This document shows positions 43,300-53,321 of a stretch of DNA of 64,000 bases, one piece after another (position 1 is the first letter of the stretch; every line of letters begins with the position of its first letter). Source of the DNA: Nitrosopumilus sp. (GTDB lineage: Archaea > Thermoproteota > Nitrososphaeria > Nitrososphaerales > Nitrosopumilaceae). Under the pieces are notes generated by a model. It was not told the origin of the DNA. It ran no database searches and was given only the letters and a program-made list of their open reading frames with translations. The stretch covers positions 416,001-480,000 of the forward strand of contig CBDBLX010000002.1 of NCBI GenBank assembly GCA_965207445.1, given 5' to 3'. A program made the translations under genes and the position numbers.

Positions 43300-44532
43300 A
43301 TGACAATTAGTCTTGTGTGCCGTGAGTGTAAAAAAACGTATGGCTCAGAGTTTCGTTATGTGTGTGATGAATGCTTTGGGCCACTTGATGTCATGTATGA
43401 TAATGTTGGTAGAATTGAGCGTAATACATTTACAACACGTGAGCAGACGTATTGGCGATATCATGAATTACTACCAATTGAGAACAAATCCAATATAATC
43501 AATATTGGAGCAGGAATGACTCCACTTTTGCGTGCTGACTCACTTGCAGAACAGTTAGGACTCAAAAATGTATATATAAAAAATGACTCTGTGAATCCTA
43601 CATTCTCATTTAAAGACAGGCCAGCAGGCGTGGCAGTATCAAAGGCAAAAGAGTTTGGTATGTCAAAGGTCGGATGTGCATCTACAGGCAATTTGGCATC
43701 TGCAACTGCTGCACATGCTGCAAAGGGAAATATGCCTTGCCATGTGTTTGCCCCTCACAGTATAGAGATGGTCAAGATAGCGCAAGCACTCTCTTATGGT
43801 GCTGACTTTGTTGCCGTTGATGGTACGTATGATGATGCAAATCGCATTGCAGCGCAAGCAGGTGACAGATTTGGCATTGGAGTTGTTAATATTAACATGA
43901 GATCATATTATGTAGAAGGATCCAAAACACTTGCATATGAGGTAGCAGAACAATTAGAATGGAATACACCTGATCACCTTTTAGTTCCCGTTGGTAGCGG
44001 TGCCATGCTCAATGCAATTTGTAAGGGATTCGAAGAGCTAGGCGCAGCATCACTACTGCACAACTCTGAGGATATATCACACATGAGAGTACATGCAGCA
44101 CAACCAAAGGGATGCGCACCTATAGTGGATGCATTCTCTAAAAACTCTGATACGGTATTTCCAGTCAAAACTCCTGATACTGTGGCAAAGAGTCTTGCAA
44201 TCGGTGATCCTGGTGATGGCAATTATGTCTTAAAACGTCTAAAACAGTACAATGGCGTTGCAATGGAGACTTCTGATGCTGAGATTGTTGATGCTATCTT
44301 GACACTTGCAAAGACTGAAGGAATATTTACAGAGCCTGCAGGTGGTGTTGCAATTGCCATGCTTCAAAAGATGGCAGAGCAAAAGATGATAGACCCCAGT
44401 GATACTGTGATATGTTATGTGACTGGTAATGGATTAAAGGCAACTGAGGCGATAATGGACTCACTTCAAAAACCCCGTGCCCTCAAAGCAGATGCTCAAG
44501 CAATAATTACAGAGGTTGAAAACCGTAGATGA
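43300..44532 (+). CDS. thrC: Threonine synthase (PLP) with N-terminal Zn ribbon
   Basis: CxxC...CxxC, NPTFSFKDR, ASTGN, PVGSG, EPA, TGNGLK. Confidence 0.88.
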   Translation: MTISLVCRECKKTYGSEFRYVCDECFGPLDVMYDNVGRIERNTFTTREQTYWRYHELLPIENKSNIINIGAGMTPLLRADSLAEQLGLKNVYIKNDSVNPTFSFKDRPAGVAVSKAKEFGMSKVGCASTGNLASATAAHAAKGNMPCHVFAPHSIEMVKIAQALSYGADFVAVDGTYDDANRIAAQAGDRFGIGVVNINMRSYYVEGSKTLAYEVAEQLEWNTPDHLLVPVGSGAMLNAICKGFEELGAASLLHNSEDISHMRVHAAQPKGCAPIVDAFSKNSDTVFPVKTPDTVAKSLAIGDPGDGNYVLKRLKQYNGVAMETSDAEIVDAILTLAKTEGIFTEPAGGVAIAMLQKMAEQKMIDPSDTVICYVTGNGLKATEAIMDSLQKPRALKADAQAIITEVENRR

Positions 44533-45968
44533 GTGATATAGTATCGATAACTTTTGTTATTCCGTCTGTGTTAAATCCTGGTGGCGGCGGAGAAGAAAAG
44601 ATTCCAATTAATGTATCGTCATTGTCTGATGCATTTGCCAAAGTTGTAGATCTTCGTGGTCCTGATTTTGCAAGACGTGTAATGGAGCCTGATGGTAAGA
44701 CACCAAGACAACTAATCAATGTGTATGTAAATGGAAAGAATGCAAAGTTTGCAGGTGGAATGGATATGGCTTTGCAGGAAGGTGACGAGGTGTATATACT
44801 TCCTGCTGTTGCAGGTGGTGGTAATAGTGGCAGCAGTAGCAGCAGCTCTGTATCTGTATCTCAAGAGATTAATCACTCTGAAAATCAAACGATGGAACTA
44901 GACTCAAAAGATTTGGAGCGATTTTCACGCCAGGTCATGCTAGAGCAGATTGGATACAATGGCCAGTTAAAATTAAAACAAGCAAGGGTGTGTGTGGTCG
45001 GTTCAGGTGGGCTTGGAAATCCAATATGTGTTAGGTTGGCTACGATGGGTGTGGGACACTTGCGTATAATTGATCGTGATACAATAGAGTTGACTAACCT
45101 CCACAGACAGGTGCTCTTTGATGATGGCGATGTTGGCCAGGTCAAAGTAGAAGTTGCAGCGCGCAAGTTGCGTGCATTGGCGCCTGACTGTGATATCGAA
45201 CCCATTCCAATGTCAATTAGCGATGCAAATGCTGTTGATGCCATACGTGGTTGTGATGTTGTAGTTGATGCACTTGATAGTGTAAATGCTAGATATGCTC
45301 TGAACAAGGCATGCATAAAACTTGGCATTCCATTTGTGACTGGTGCTGCTGTGGGTGTCTCTGGACAGGTATTTACAATATTGCCAAAAAAGACTGCTTG
45401 CTATTATTGCATGTTTCCTGACTTAAATGAGGATGAGATGCCAACATGTAGTATCGAGGGTGTTCATCCATCTATACTGTCAGTGGTAGGTGGAATTGAA
45501 GTATCAGAAACTGTTAATATTATAATGGGCAAAGATCCTGTTTTATCTGAGCGCATACTTCACATTGATATTGAAGAGATGAACTTTAACAAGACTAGAA
45601 CGTTTCGTGCAGCAGAATGTCCAGTATGTGGGGATAACATACAAACAGAAAATGTCAAACTAGTACCTGAGAACACACAAAAAGCACAACAACTCATACT
45701 AGAAGAGTTGTGTGGCAGAAATAGAGGCAAGCGAACATTTGCAATCACCCCACCTGTCTCTTTTGATGTAGATGTGGATGCCATATCAAACATGGCACGA
45801 CAAAAGGGATTTTTGGTGGAGAATCAAGGAGACTTGGGGTTGTCGATGCGTACTTTAGAGTTCTCAGTTAGTGTAATGAAGAAAGGCTCTGCAGTGGTAG
45901 TAGGTGCAAAAGATGAACAAGGTGCGATCAATCTGTACAATGATCTGATTAAAAATACCCAAAACTAA
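44529..45968 (+). CDS. MoaD/ThiS ubiquitin-like domain fused to a ThiF/MoeB E1-like adenylyltransferase
   Basis: ILPAVAGG; RFSRQ, GSGGLG, NLHRQ, CxxC pairs. Confidence 0.92.
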   Translation: MSDIVSITFVIPSVLNPGGGGEEKIPINVSSLSDAFAKVVDLRGPDFARRVMEPDGKTPRQLINVYVNGKNAKFAGGMDMALQEGDEVYILPAVAGGGNSGSSSSSSVSVSQEINHSENQTMELDSKDLERFSRQVMLEQIGYNGQLKLKQARVCVVGSGGLGNPICVRLATMGVGHLRIIDRDTIELTNLHRQVLFDDGDVGQVKVEVAARKLRALAPDCDIEPIPMSISDANAVDAIRGCDVVVDALDSVNARYALNKACIKLGIPFVTGAAVGVSGQVFTILPKKTACYYCMFPDLNEDEMPTCSIEGVHPSILSVVGGIEVSETVNIIMGKDPVLSERILHIDIEEMNFNKTRTFRAAECPVCGDNIQTENVKLVPENTQKAQQLILEELCGRNRGKRTFAITPPVSFDVDVDAISNMARQKGFLVENQGDLGLSMRTLEFSVSVMKKGSAVVVGAKDEQGAINLYNDLIKNTQN

Positions 45969-46060
45969 CTTTGCAATATTCCATTTAATATTACTATGAT
46001 ATCGTATTTAGAATTTATTTAATTATATAATTTTATAAAATATATTTAAATTAGTATGAT

Positions 46061-46657
46061 CTAAATTTGTACAAGTGTGAGTCTTGTCTCTACATTTGTT
46101 TTGATATGATCCTCTGGGATCATCTCAGGTGATGGTGGTGGTGGTGCATGTATTGACACATCAGCTATAACTCTGGCTCCAATCTCTGTCCATCTTTGTG
46201 ACATATTGCGCAGTTTTCGTTTATCGTCAATTACCGTCTCACTTTGGGCAGACCACTCACAACTCATAATGTATTTTTTTGCAACTCTGTGCATCTCGCG
46301 CATTCCACACAACATCGTATCATCTGGTAGATAATTTAGCAACCTATGGGTAAATATCATATCGACTGCCGAGTCTGCAAATGGCATGCAGGTGATCATT
46401 GCCATTACTCCTTGTATGTGTGGAATTGTGTTTTTTGCAGACTTGACTGCATTATAATTGGGATCAAGTCCACACGTGATTATACTATCTGGTACGAGTC
46501 TGAGGTCTATACCCGTACCACAACCTACTTCTAGTATACTTGTACAGTTCATCTCATTTATGGTGTATACTATTCTGCCTGCAAACTCTGCATCATATCT
46601 TAACTCGTTGAGATTTGCGTACTTGTCCCAAAACTCTTTGTCATATGTGTTTGTCAT
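46061..46657 (-). CDS. Class I SAM-dependent methyltransferase
   Basis: ILEVGCGTG, MPFAD..D. Confidence 0.85.
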   Translation of the reverse strand: MTNTYDKEFWDKYANLNELRYDAEFAGRIVYTINEMNCTSILEVGCGTGIDLRLVPDSIITCGLDPNYNAVKSAKNTIPHIQGVMAMITCMPFADSAVDMIFTHRLLNYLPDDTMLCGMREMHRVAKKYIMSCEWSAQSETVIDDKRKLRNMSQRWTEIGARVIADVSIHAPPPPSPEMIPEDHIKTNVETRLTLVQI

Positions 46658-46890
46658 ATTGTAATCATTTAATTAGTGCATTCACATTTACATTTTACCA
46701 TCGTGGTGTCAAATGTACAGTCATGCATGCCATCATCACTTGTACTACTTGCAACTGGAATCTCACCCATGCATTCACTATGCCTGTTTTTTTTACAAAA
46801 CCAACATATCATTACTGTTTCTTCATTTACAGCGCAGCTTGTCATTGTACTGTATTATTATACACCATCTAAAAAACTAATCTTTGACAA

Positions 46891-47805
46891 TTAAATGAAC
46901 GTGAGCCACTGATCAAATCTCTTGTCTTGCCCCATTGTGGCTTTACCGTACAGTTTTTGTAATTGCTTGGTTATGTTTCCGATCTTGCCACTACCTATCA
47001 CTGCATTGTCAATATATGTGACTGATTTGACTTCTGCTGCTGTTCCTGCCATGAATACCTCTTGTGCTGTGTATAAATCATCTCTATAAAGATCATACTC
47101 TAATATATCCAAACCTTCTAACTTTGCAATTTGCATCACACTGTCTCTAGTGATGCCCCTAAGACATCCTGTTGAGAGTGGTGGTGTTAGTATTTTGTCA
47201 TCTCTATATATAAAGATGTTTTCAGCACTTCCCTCCGTTACTTTGCCATCTGCATTGAGCATGATTGCCTCATCATACCCGTTATCAAGTGCTTCCATTC
47301 TAGCAAGTGCGGCATTTGAATAATTTGCTGCTGCCTTTGCTTGTATTGGTTGTGAACGTGAGTCGATTCTAACCCAACTTGATACCTTACACTTGGCACC
47401 GGTAAACTTGCCTGCTTTTGACTCGCCCATCTTCCACGGCCAACACGATATCGATACATCAACTTTGTTCTTTGTGGGTGTGAGTCCCATCTCCCCATAT
47501 CCGTAATATGCTAGTGGACGAATATAGCACTCTTTGTGGTTTGATGCACGTATGGTATCAATTATTGCATCTGTTATCTGTTTTTTGGTATATCTCATCT
47601 TCATAGAGTATAATTTTGCAGAACGAAATAATCGTTCTATATGATCATCGAGTCTAAATATGGCAGGGCCGTTTGGTGTATTGTAACATCTTATACCTTC
47701 AAAAATGGATGTAGAGTAATGCAACGCATGCGTCAATACGTGTACCTTGGCATCTGCAAATGGAACTAGTTTACCATTCATCCATATCTTGCCTGTCTCT
47801 TTCAT
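46891..47805 (-). CDS. ilvE: Branched-chain amino acid aminotransferase
   Basis: HALHY...FEG, YIRP, AKAAANY, EGSAENIF, LRGITR, GTAAEV. Confidence 0.96.
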   Translation of the reverse strand: MKETGKIWMNGKLVPFADAKVHVLTHALHYSTSIFEGIRCYNTPNGPAIFRLDDHIERLFRSAKLYSMKMRYTKKQITDAIIDTIRASNHKECYIRPLAYYGYGEMGLTPTKNKVDVSISCWPWKMGESKAGKFTGAKCKVSSWVRIDSRSQPIQAKAAANYSNAALARMEALDNGYDEAIMLNADGKVTEGSAENIFIYRDDKILTPPLSTGCLRGITRDSVMQIAKLEGLDILEYDLYRDDLYTAQEVFMAGTAAEVKSVTYIDNAVIGSGKIGNITKQLQKLYGKATMGQDKRFDQWLTFI

Positions 47806-47923
47806 AGCGGAGCCTCAACACATGCTAATTTAAAGAATTCAACTCGTGTGTGTGATGGTGGTGTTAAATTGATTAGTAGCGTCATACACAAAACTAGAAA
47901 TTATAATACTGCATATGTGATGT

Positions 47924-48127
47924 GTGGACTGGACACTTGGTATTACTGCAATTGTATTGTTGAGTATAGGTCTTGTAGGACAAGCAATTGAGATGCGTCG
48001 CATGCGTGTTGTACAGTATGGTGATGAAATGGGCTCACCTAACATATTTGTGCATCGTAATAACTTCAAATGGTATGCGCTAATTGGTGCTGCGATAATA
48101 CTTTGGTATGTGGCTGAGACGATCTAG
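47924..48127 (+). CDS. Small two-TM hypothetical protein
   Basis: 67-aa ORF with two hydrophobic helices. Confidence 0.7.
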   Translation: MDWTLGITAIVLLSIGLVGQAIEMRRMRVVQYGDEMGSPNIFVHRNNFKWYALIGAAIILWYVAETI

Positions 48128-48376
48128 TAATTGATCATTTTTATCTACTGTATGGTGCCAATCTCTTCAATAATTTTGTGTGGTTTTTAGAGTTTGGTGT
48201 GTATACTTGGCAAAAGTTTCTCATAAATGCATGTGCATCATATACTGCAACAGCTCTGAGATGTGGATCTTTAGAATAGTTTGCATATGTTTGATTTTAA
48301 TGATATGTATATTTACTTGGAACTATATAGATCAGCCATATATACTCAAATTACTAATACATATTATGCGTGTTTA

Positions 48377-48468
48377 GGGTAACGCCAGGGTTGAATCATG
48401 ATAAAGGCCCGAGAACAAACCCCAAATATGGCGGATAACGGAAAAACCGTTAACGCCAATTATTCTTT
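48377..48468 (+). ncRNA. Putative structured RNA element (unassigned)
   Basis: GC-richer patch in an AT-rich spacer with nested and alternative stems. Confidence 0.3.
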
Positions 48469-48559
48469 TAATTTTATGTAAAGTGTCTTGTGTGATTTAT
48501 GTTTGTGATTTATGTTTATGATTTATTATATATGATCTTGTATAATAGATTGCCAATTA

Positions 48560-50086
48560 TCATCTTAATGCTGTGGAATTAATTAACGTGATCTCATCGT
48601 GTATTGATGATATTGCTTTTGCGACATTGTCTTGTGTATCCTCTATTACGATAATGATCCTAGATGTCTCTTCTTGTGCATCAATATTTAATATGTTGAG
48701 TCCTGTTTCTCCTACACGTGCGCTTGTACGTGATGCCACTTGTTGTACACGCCACATTTCATCCCCGATCAAAGTTATGACACCGCGCCTGTATGTTATG
48801 GTCGCAAGAGGATCAAAACTCTTAAAATATTTTTCATTGTTTTTGATGTAATCTGCATCCAAGAATAGTATGCGGCTGAATTCTATCTCGTCTTTTGTGT
48901 ATGGTGACAGTATGACAAATTCGCTATACCTCTTGTCTTTTTCAAGTGATGCAAGTAATTTCTGAACTGCAGTAGTTTCTATTCTGAATATTGCACAGTT
49001 AGATTTACCTGTGACCATTTTAATGGGGTTCTCTGTTTGTTGTTTTTCTGGATTTTTAGTTCTAGTTATGATGGTGGTCTTTTCAGGTTTGTTGAGGTTT
49101 GTCACTATGATGGGCATGTCAACCCCGTTTTCTACCACCTCTTTGATGGCAACAGGATCTAATATCTTCATGCCAAACATACCGGCTAGTCTGGCCTCAT
49201 TATATGATAACTGGTCAACTTCACTTAGGTTATGTTTGACTATCTTTGGATCTGCTGATACAACTGCACTGTCTTTCTCAAAGTTTATTCTTGTATTGTA
49301 TTGTTTGTGGTATAGTATTCCCAAATCTACTGCTGTACGATCTGTTCCGCCGCGCTCATATGTTGTAATGATGCCTTGTTCTGTCTTGCCGATAAATCCG
49401 CCAATAGTTACGACCTCATTTGCATCTAGTATGGCGTGCATTGCAGTCATCTTTCTATTTGACTCTGTTAACAAAAAGTTTGCAGATTCGACATTGTTGT
49501 CAGTTATGATGGGCCAGTCCTCAATTTTCACAGAGTCAGCTTTTATACCATTATGAGTTAGTATGTATTTCATAATATGTGACATTAAGATCTCACCTGA
49601 AAATGCAAGTGACTTTGATCGGATCTCGCCTGTGAACTTTATGTCTTTGTTGTTGCTGTTGCTGTTGGCATTATCATCCTCATTATTATTATTGTTGCTG
49701 CCAATGATCGTATCGAGTGCACTTTGCACTTGTGCCAAGTTATCATCTACAAGTTTGTAACATTGCTGTTCTAGTTGCTCTGAGCCACTCAGGTACTTTT
49801 GTATTATGTTTGAGTATGTATTGCGTATTGAATCAAGTGAGACTTGAGATGCACGGTTTGGGTCTTGTGCATTTCTACCTTGCTCTAGCATCACATCTGT
49901 CAATGAACAAATCTTTGTGTTGTTATTATTGTGATCTGTGATTTTAGCAAGGGGTGCTGAGAATACTGCAATTACCTTTGTAGATTCTGCTTTTAACTCA
50001 TTTATGCGCTCTATGATTCTTGGTATGTACACTCCATCAGGACCAAGCGCACTACCACCGAACTTTGCTATTACTAGGTCAGTCAT
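48560..50086 (-). CDS. lysC: Aspartate kinase
   Basis: AKFGGS, VFSA, GGFIG, RGGTD, SADPK, LSYNEA; C-terminal ACT-like region. Confidence 0.9.
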   Translation of the reverse strand: MTDLVIAKFGGSALGPDGVYIPRIIERINELKAESTKVIAVFSAPLAKITDHNNNNTKICSLTDVMLEQGRNAQDPNRASQVSLDSIRNTYSNIIQKYLSGSEQLEQQCYKLVDDNLAQVQSALDTIIGSNNNNNEDDNANSNSNNKDIKFTGEIRSKSLAFSGEILMSHIMKYILTHNGIKADSVKIEDWPIITDNNVESANFLLTESNRKMTAMHAILDANEVVTIGGFIGKTEQGIITTYERGGTDRTAVDLGILYHKQYNTRINFEKDSAVVSADPKIVKHNLSEVDQLSYNEARLAGMFGMKILDPVAIKEVVENGVDMPIIVTNLNKPEKTTIITRTKNPEKQQTENPIKMVTGKSNCAIFRIETTAVQKLLASLEKDKRYSEFVILSPYTKDEIEFSRILFLDADYIKNNEKYFKSFDPLATITYRRGVITLIGDEMWRVQQVASRTSARVGETGLNILNIDAQEETSRIIIVIEDTQDNVAKAISSIHDEITLINSTALR

Positions 50087-50221
50087 CTGTTGTTGTGTGT
50101 ATTGTATACGTCTATATGTTAATTGTTATGTTATTGGCATTTGATTGTGCCAAATTATTGTAGCATGGTCATAAATTTGACCTAAAATTATTTCTATTTT
50201 GAGCCTATTTGGCACATTGAA

Positions 50222-51310
50222 TCATAAACTTAAAATTAATTCTGCTGCTCTTTTGGCCCCACTTGTGTCTTTGTTTGAGATCGGTCTTCCTCTCTGTTCT
50301 GCAAGTTTTGCTATAATTATGTCCTCTAGTCTGTTTGCATCTGTTGCTGTCAATCCTCCATTTTCTGCTGCATTTTGTTCTTGTTCAAAATGACCTTTAA
50401 TGGGAATAAATATTGATGGAGTACCTGTTGATGCTGCCTCTTGTATGGTCGAGCGGCCTGCTAGTGATATTAGAATATCTGCTGCCAAAATGTATTCATG
50501 TAAATTACTAACATATTTTATTATCTTGATGTCTTTGTGTGTGTTATTGATGCTTTGTATGTTGATATTTTGTGTATTGATACTAGGGCCTAGTACAATT
50601 ATTGTGTATATTTTATGATCTTTTTTAATTACATCTATTGCATAAAGAGCCTTTTTTAACAAAAATATTCCTGCATCCGTACCACCTACTGTTACCAGTA
50701 TGGTTTTTTTATTATGTAGATTATAGATGTCGCGCAACTCTTCTCTTGTCTTACTAAATGTTCTTGTTATTGGTCCTAGTCTATGAATTTCATCTTTGTT
50801 GTCTTTTTGATTCTCTGGCATTATTACCATGTTGCATTGTTTTATCATACTGCACATTGACTTGTTCATTTTTGATTCTATTGCAGTGCCTGGCCATCTA
50901 TTTGCAAACTTTGTGTTTAAAATGTCAGTTACAAGAACGTTTTTTATTTTCATATTTTGTGCTATACAAAGTGCTGCAAAGTCCTCATCACTGACCACTA
51001 TGTCTGGACTATCTGACTCTATGATACTTTTTGCCAGCTTTTTACAGTTTTTGTAATATTGGTAATAACTCCACATCCATCTTATTGGACTTTGAAGATT
51101 ACCCGTAAACTGATCTATTTTAAATTTTGGCGGTACATACACATCACATACTGTGCCTATTTTTGTATCTGCAAGTAATTGTGCGGCGGCTTGGCCTGTA
51201 ATGAATTTAATTTCTGACTTTTTACTCAAATATGATGCAATTGCTGCGTCGCGTGTAGCGTGTCCTAGTCCGATAGGGCTTGTAAAAAAACTGATCTTTT
51301 TATTTGACAT
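50222..51310 (-). CDS. GT-B glycosyltransferase (MurG/GT28-like)
   Basis: GLGHATR, VGGT.AG, AG.ST..EA, HFEQE.NA. Confidence 0.85.
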   Translation of the reverse strand: MSNKKISFFTSPIGLGHATRDAAIASYLSKKSEIKFITGQAAAQLLADTKIGTVCDVYVPPKFKIDQFTGNLQSPIRWMWSYYQYYKNCKKLAKSIIESDSPDIVVSDEDFAALCIAQNMKIKNVLVTDILNTKFANRWPGTAIESKMNKSMCSMIKQCNMVIMPENQKDNKDEIHRLGPITRTFSKTREELRDIYNLHNKKTILVTVGGTDAGIFLLKKALYAIDVIKKDHKIYTIIVLGPSINTQNINIQSINNTHKDIKIIKYVSNLHEYILAADILISLAGRSTIQEAASTGTPSIFIPIKGHFEQEQNAAENGGLTATDANRLEDIIIAKLAEQRGRPISNKDTSGAKRAAELILSL

Positions 51311-51495
51311 GTGTGTTATTGGGCTAGTGTAAATTTTTAGCTTGTTATTTGTGTACGTAAACACTACACATTAATTATTGTGTTGTTTTTGTAAAATGTA
51401 TTTGAGTTTGTACATTTTGTAGTTGTTATTGTTGTTGATACGTGTACACGGACTTTTTCGTCAAGATTTAAATGCATTTTTACAGTCCTAATTTT

Positions 51496-51570
51496 GGGCT
51501 CATAGTCCAGATCGGTTATGACGTCGCCCTTACACGGCGAAGATCCGGGGTTCAAATCCCCGTGGGCCCA
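51496..51570 (+). tRNA. tRNA-Val (anticodon TAC)
   Basis: GGGCTCA/TGGGCCC acceptor stem, TCGCC-CTTACAC-GGCGA anticodon arm, GGTTCAAATCC T arm. Confidence 0.97.
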
Positions 51571-51843
51571 TTCCCATTTGGGTTCAGGTCCATTTGTGTT
51601 GCTTGTCTTTTTGTTATATGGCACGACCTTGCCGTGAGGTTGGTGCGTAATGGTTTCATTAAAGATCCGATAGTTTTCTAATATTTTGTATTCATAATAT
51701 GTGCTCAACTTTCTCCATTATCAAAACAAACCAAGATTGCATCAATCTTGTTTAGGGGTTGATGTAATTCTCGGTGGAGTTTCACGTGTCAAGATGCATG
51801 TAATACAATTAACCTTTTTAAAGTTCACGAGAGTACTAATGAC

Positions 51844-52056
51844 ATGGGCACAACAATACAAAAAAAGACATACACAGTTGTCCTAACCAAGGACTTGGAG
51901 GATGGTGGATTTGTAGGTACATGTGACGAGCTTCATGCAGTGTCCGAAGGTGATACGTTCGGTGAAGTGATGTCCAATATGCGAGAAGCAGTAGAACTTG
52001 CGGCCGAGGTGAGTGGCAACATAACTGACTTTAACATGCTAATAGTGGAGAAGTAA
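51844..52056 (+). CDS. hicB: HicB-family antitoxin (short), copy 1
   Basis: Y.V...EDGGFVG.C.EL...SEG.T..E...N..EA. Confidence 0.85.
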   Translation: MGTTIQKKTYTVVLTKDLEDGGFVGTCDELHAVSEGDTFGEVMSNMREAVELAAEVSGNITDFNMLIVEK

Positions 52057-52281
52057 TGTCAAAATTTCCGCTAGTGTCGGGTAACCAGATGATGCGATAT
52101 TTGCAAAAAGGGATTTGTCATAACTCGGCAAAGTGGTAGTCACATAATACTACGTAATGTAGACCACGTCACAGTTGTACCTGTGGGAAACAAAAAACTC
52201 AGAATTGGAACTCAGTTTTCCATACTTTTGTATGCATGGATCGATAAAGACTTGTTTTCCAATGAATATGATCAAATTTAG
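52056..52281 (+). pseudogene. hicA: HicA-family toxin, frameshifted copy 1
   Basis: Homologous to 54655-54891 (SGNQM.RYLQ, GSHI); frame broken near 52105. Confidence 0.8.
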
Positions 52282-52593
52282 TACACAGGCATGTTAAATA
52301 GAAATTTTTTGAGCGTACGTCACTTGATTAAGTCAGTACATAAGAAAAGCATGGTTTTGTTTGAAGTCTCAATCAAGTCTATGGCGACGAGCATAAGTCC
52401 GTGTACGCCATTTTTACACGATTTTATGCCTGAAAAGATCATATCAGTAGTTCAAAAAGTATAGCGGTGTTTGAGTCCGGATTCGGGTACATTGTCACTA
52501 TGTGTTGTTTGTAAGGTCAGTGACATGATTGCGAGGTAGAAAACATATGTATCATATATCTGATCAGGCAGGTTTGCAAGCCCGGTTCAGCGC

Positions 52594-52904
52594 GAGGTTG
52601 GTGCGTAATTGACATTTGGACTGCCTGTGACCCGTCTGTGAACTTGGTTTATTGAACATTCAATCTGCAGAAAACTGAAATCTATCTATAGTGCGTTTAG
52701 TTTTTGAATATGCAAGTGTGTTTTGGCAGACATAGATTATAGAACATGAAACGCGCAAGTGTGATAACAGTATCTATCATTTGTATGATGGAGTTTTTTG
52801 CCCTTTTTCATGAGCGCAGATAAATCTGTTCAGGACGTTGATATTCCATGCAATCGATAGTATTTTGCCAAACCGCTTTCTGTTTTTGGCCAAACGCATG
52901 CGAC
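52594..52904 (-). mobile_element. Right-end fragment of the 27480-type IS
   Basis: TIR plus ~310 bp matching 31639-31950. Confidence 0.88.
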
Positions 52905-53087
52905 GGTGATCAGACTCACTTGATGGTTTGATCTGCTCAGAGCAGTATCTGTACAGCGTAATTTCACATACTTCACTTGACTTCATGTTGTTGTATTATG
53001 CGATAACGTGGCATATATAACTATCGTAGAAACGTATAACATGCCAAGCTTTAAACGCAGTATCATCTGACACGATAACAACACACC

Positions 53088-53315
53088 ATGACGCTGAGCA
53101 TTAAGATTGCAAGGGGCAAAGAGTACCTGTACTTTCAGGCAGGCAAGGAGTCTCTGTATATCTGTCCCAAGGACAACCCTGCAAAGGTAAAGATGGAGAA
53201 CTTGACTAGGGCGCTTGAACATACACGGGAGAGGATGAATCACTATGCAGACTCATACGAAGAACTTCTTCAGTTATTGCCCTCCAAAGACCGTAAATCA
53301 TATTCAAGGAGGTAA
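53088..53315 (+). CDS. Small hypothetical protein
   Basis: 75-aa ORF 6 nt upstream of hsdS. Confidence 0.65.
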   Translation: MTLSIKIARGKEYLYFQAGKESLYICPKDNPAKVKMENLTRALEHTRERMNHYADSYEELLQLLPSKDRKSYSRR

Positions 53316-53321
53316 GATATT

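Noticed and set aside
48377..48392. GGGTAACGCCAGGGTT matches the lacZ/M13 primer region
   Set aside because: Only 16 bp with no further vector sequence; probably chance.
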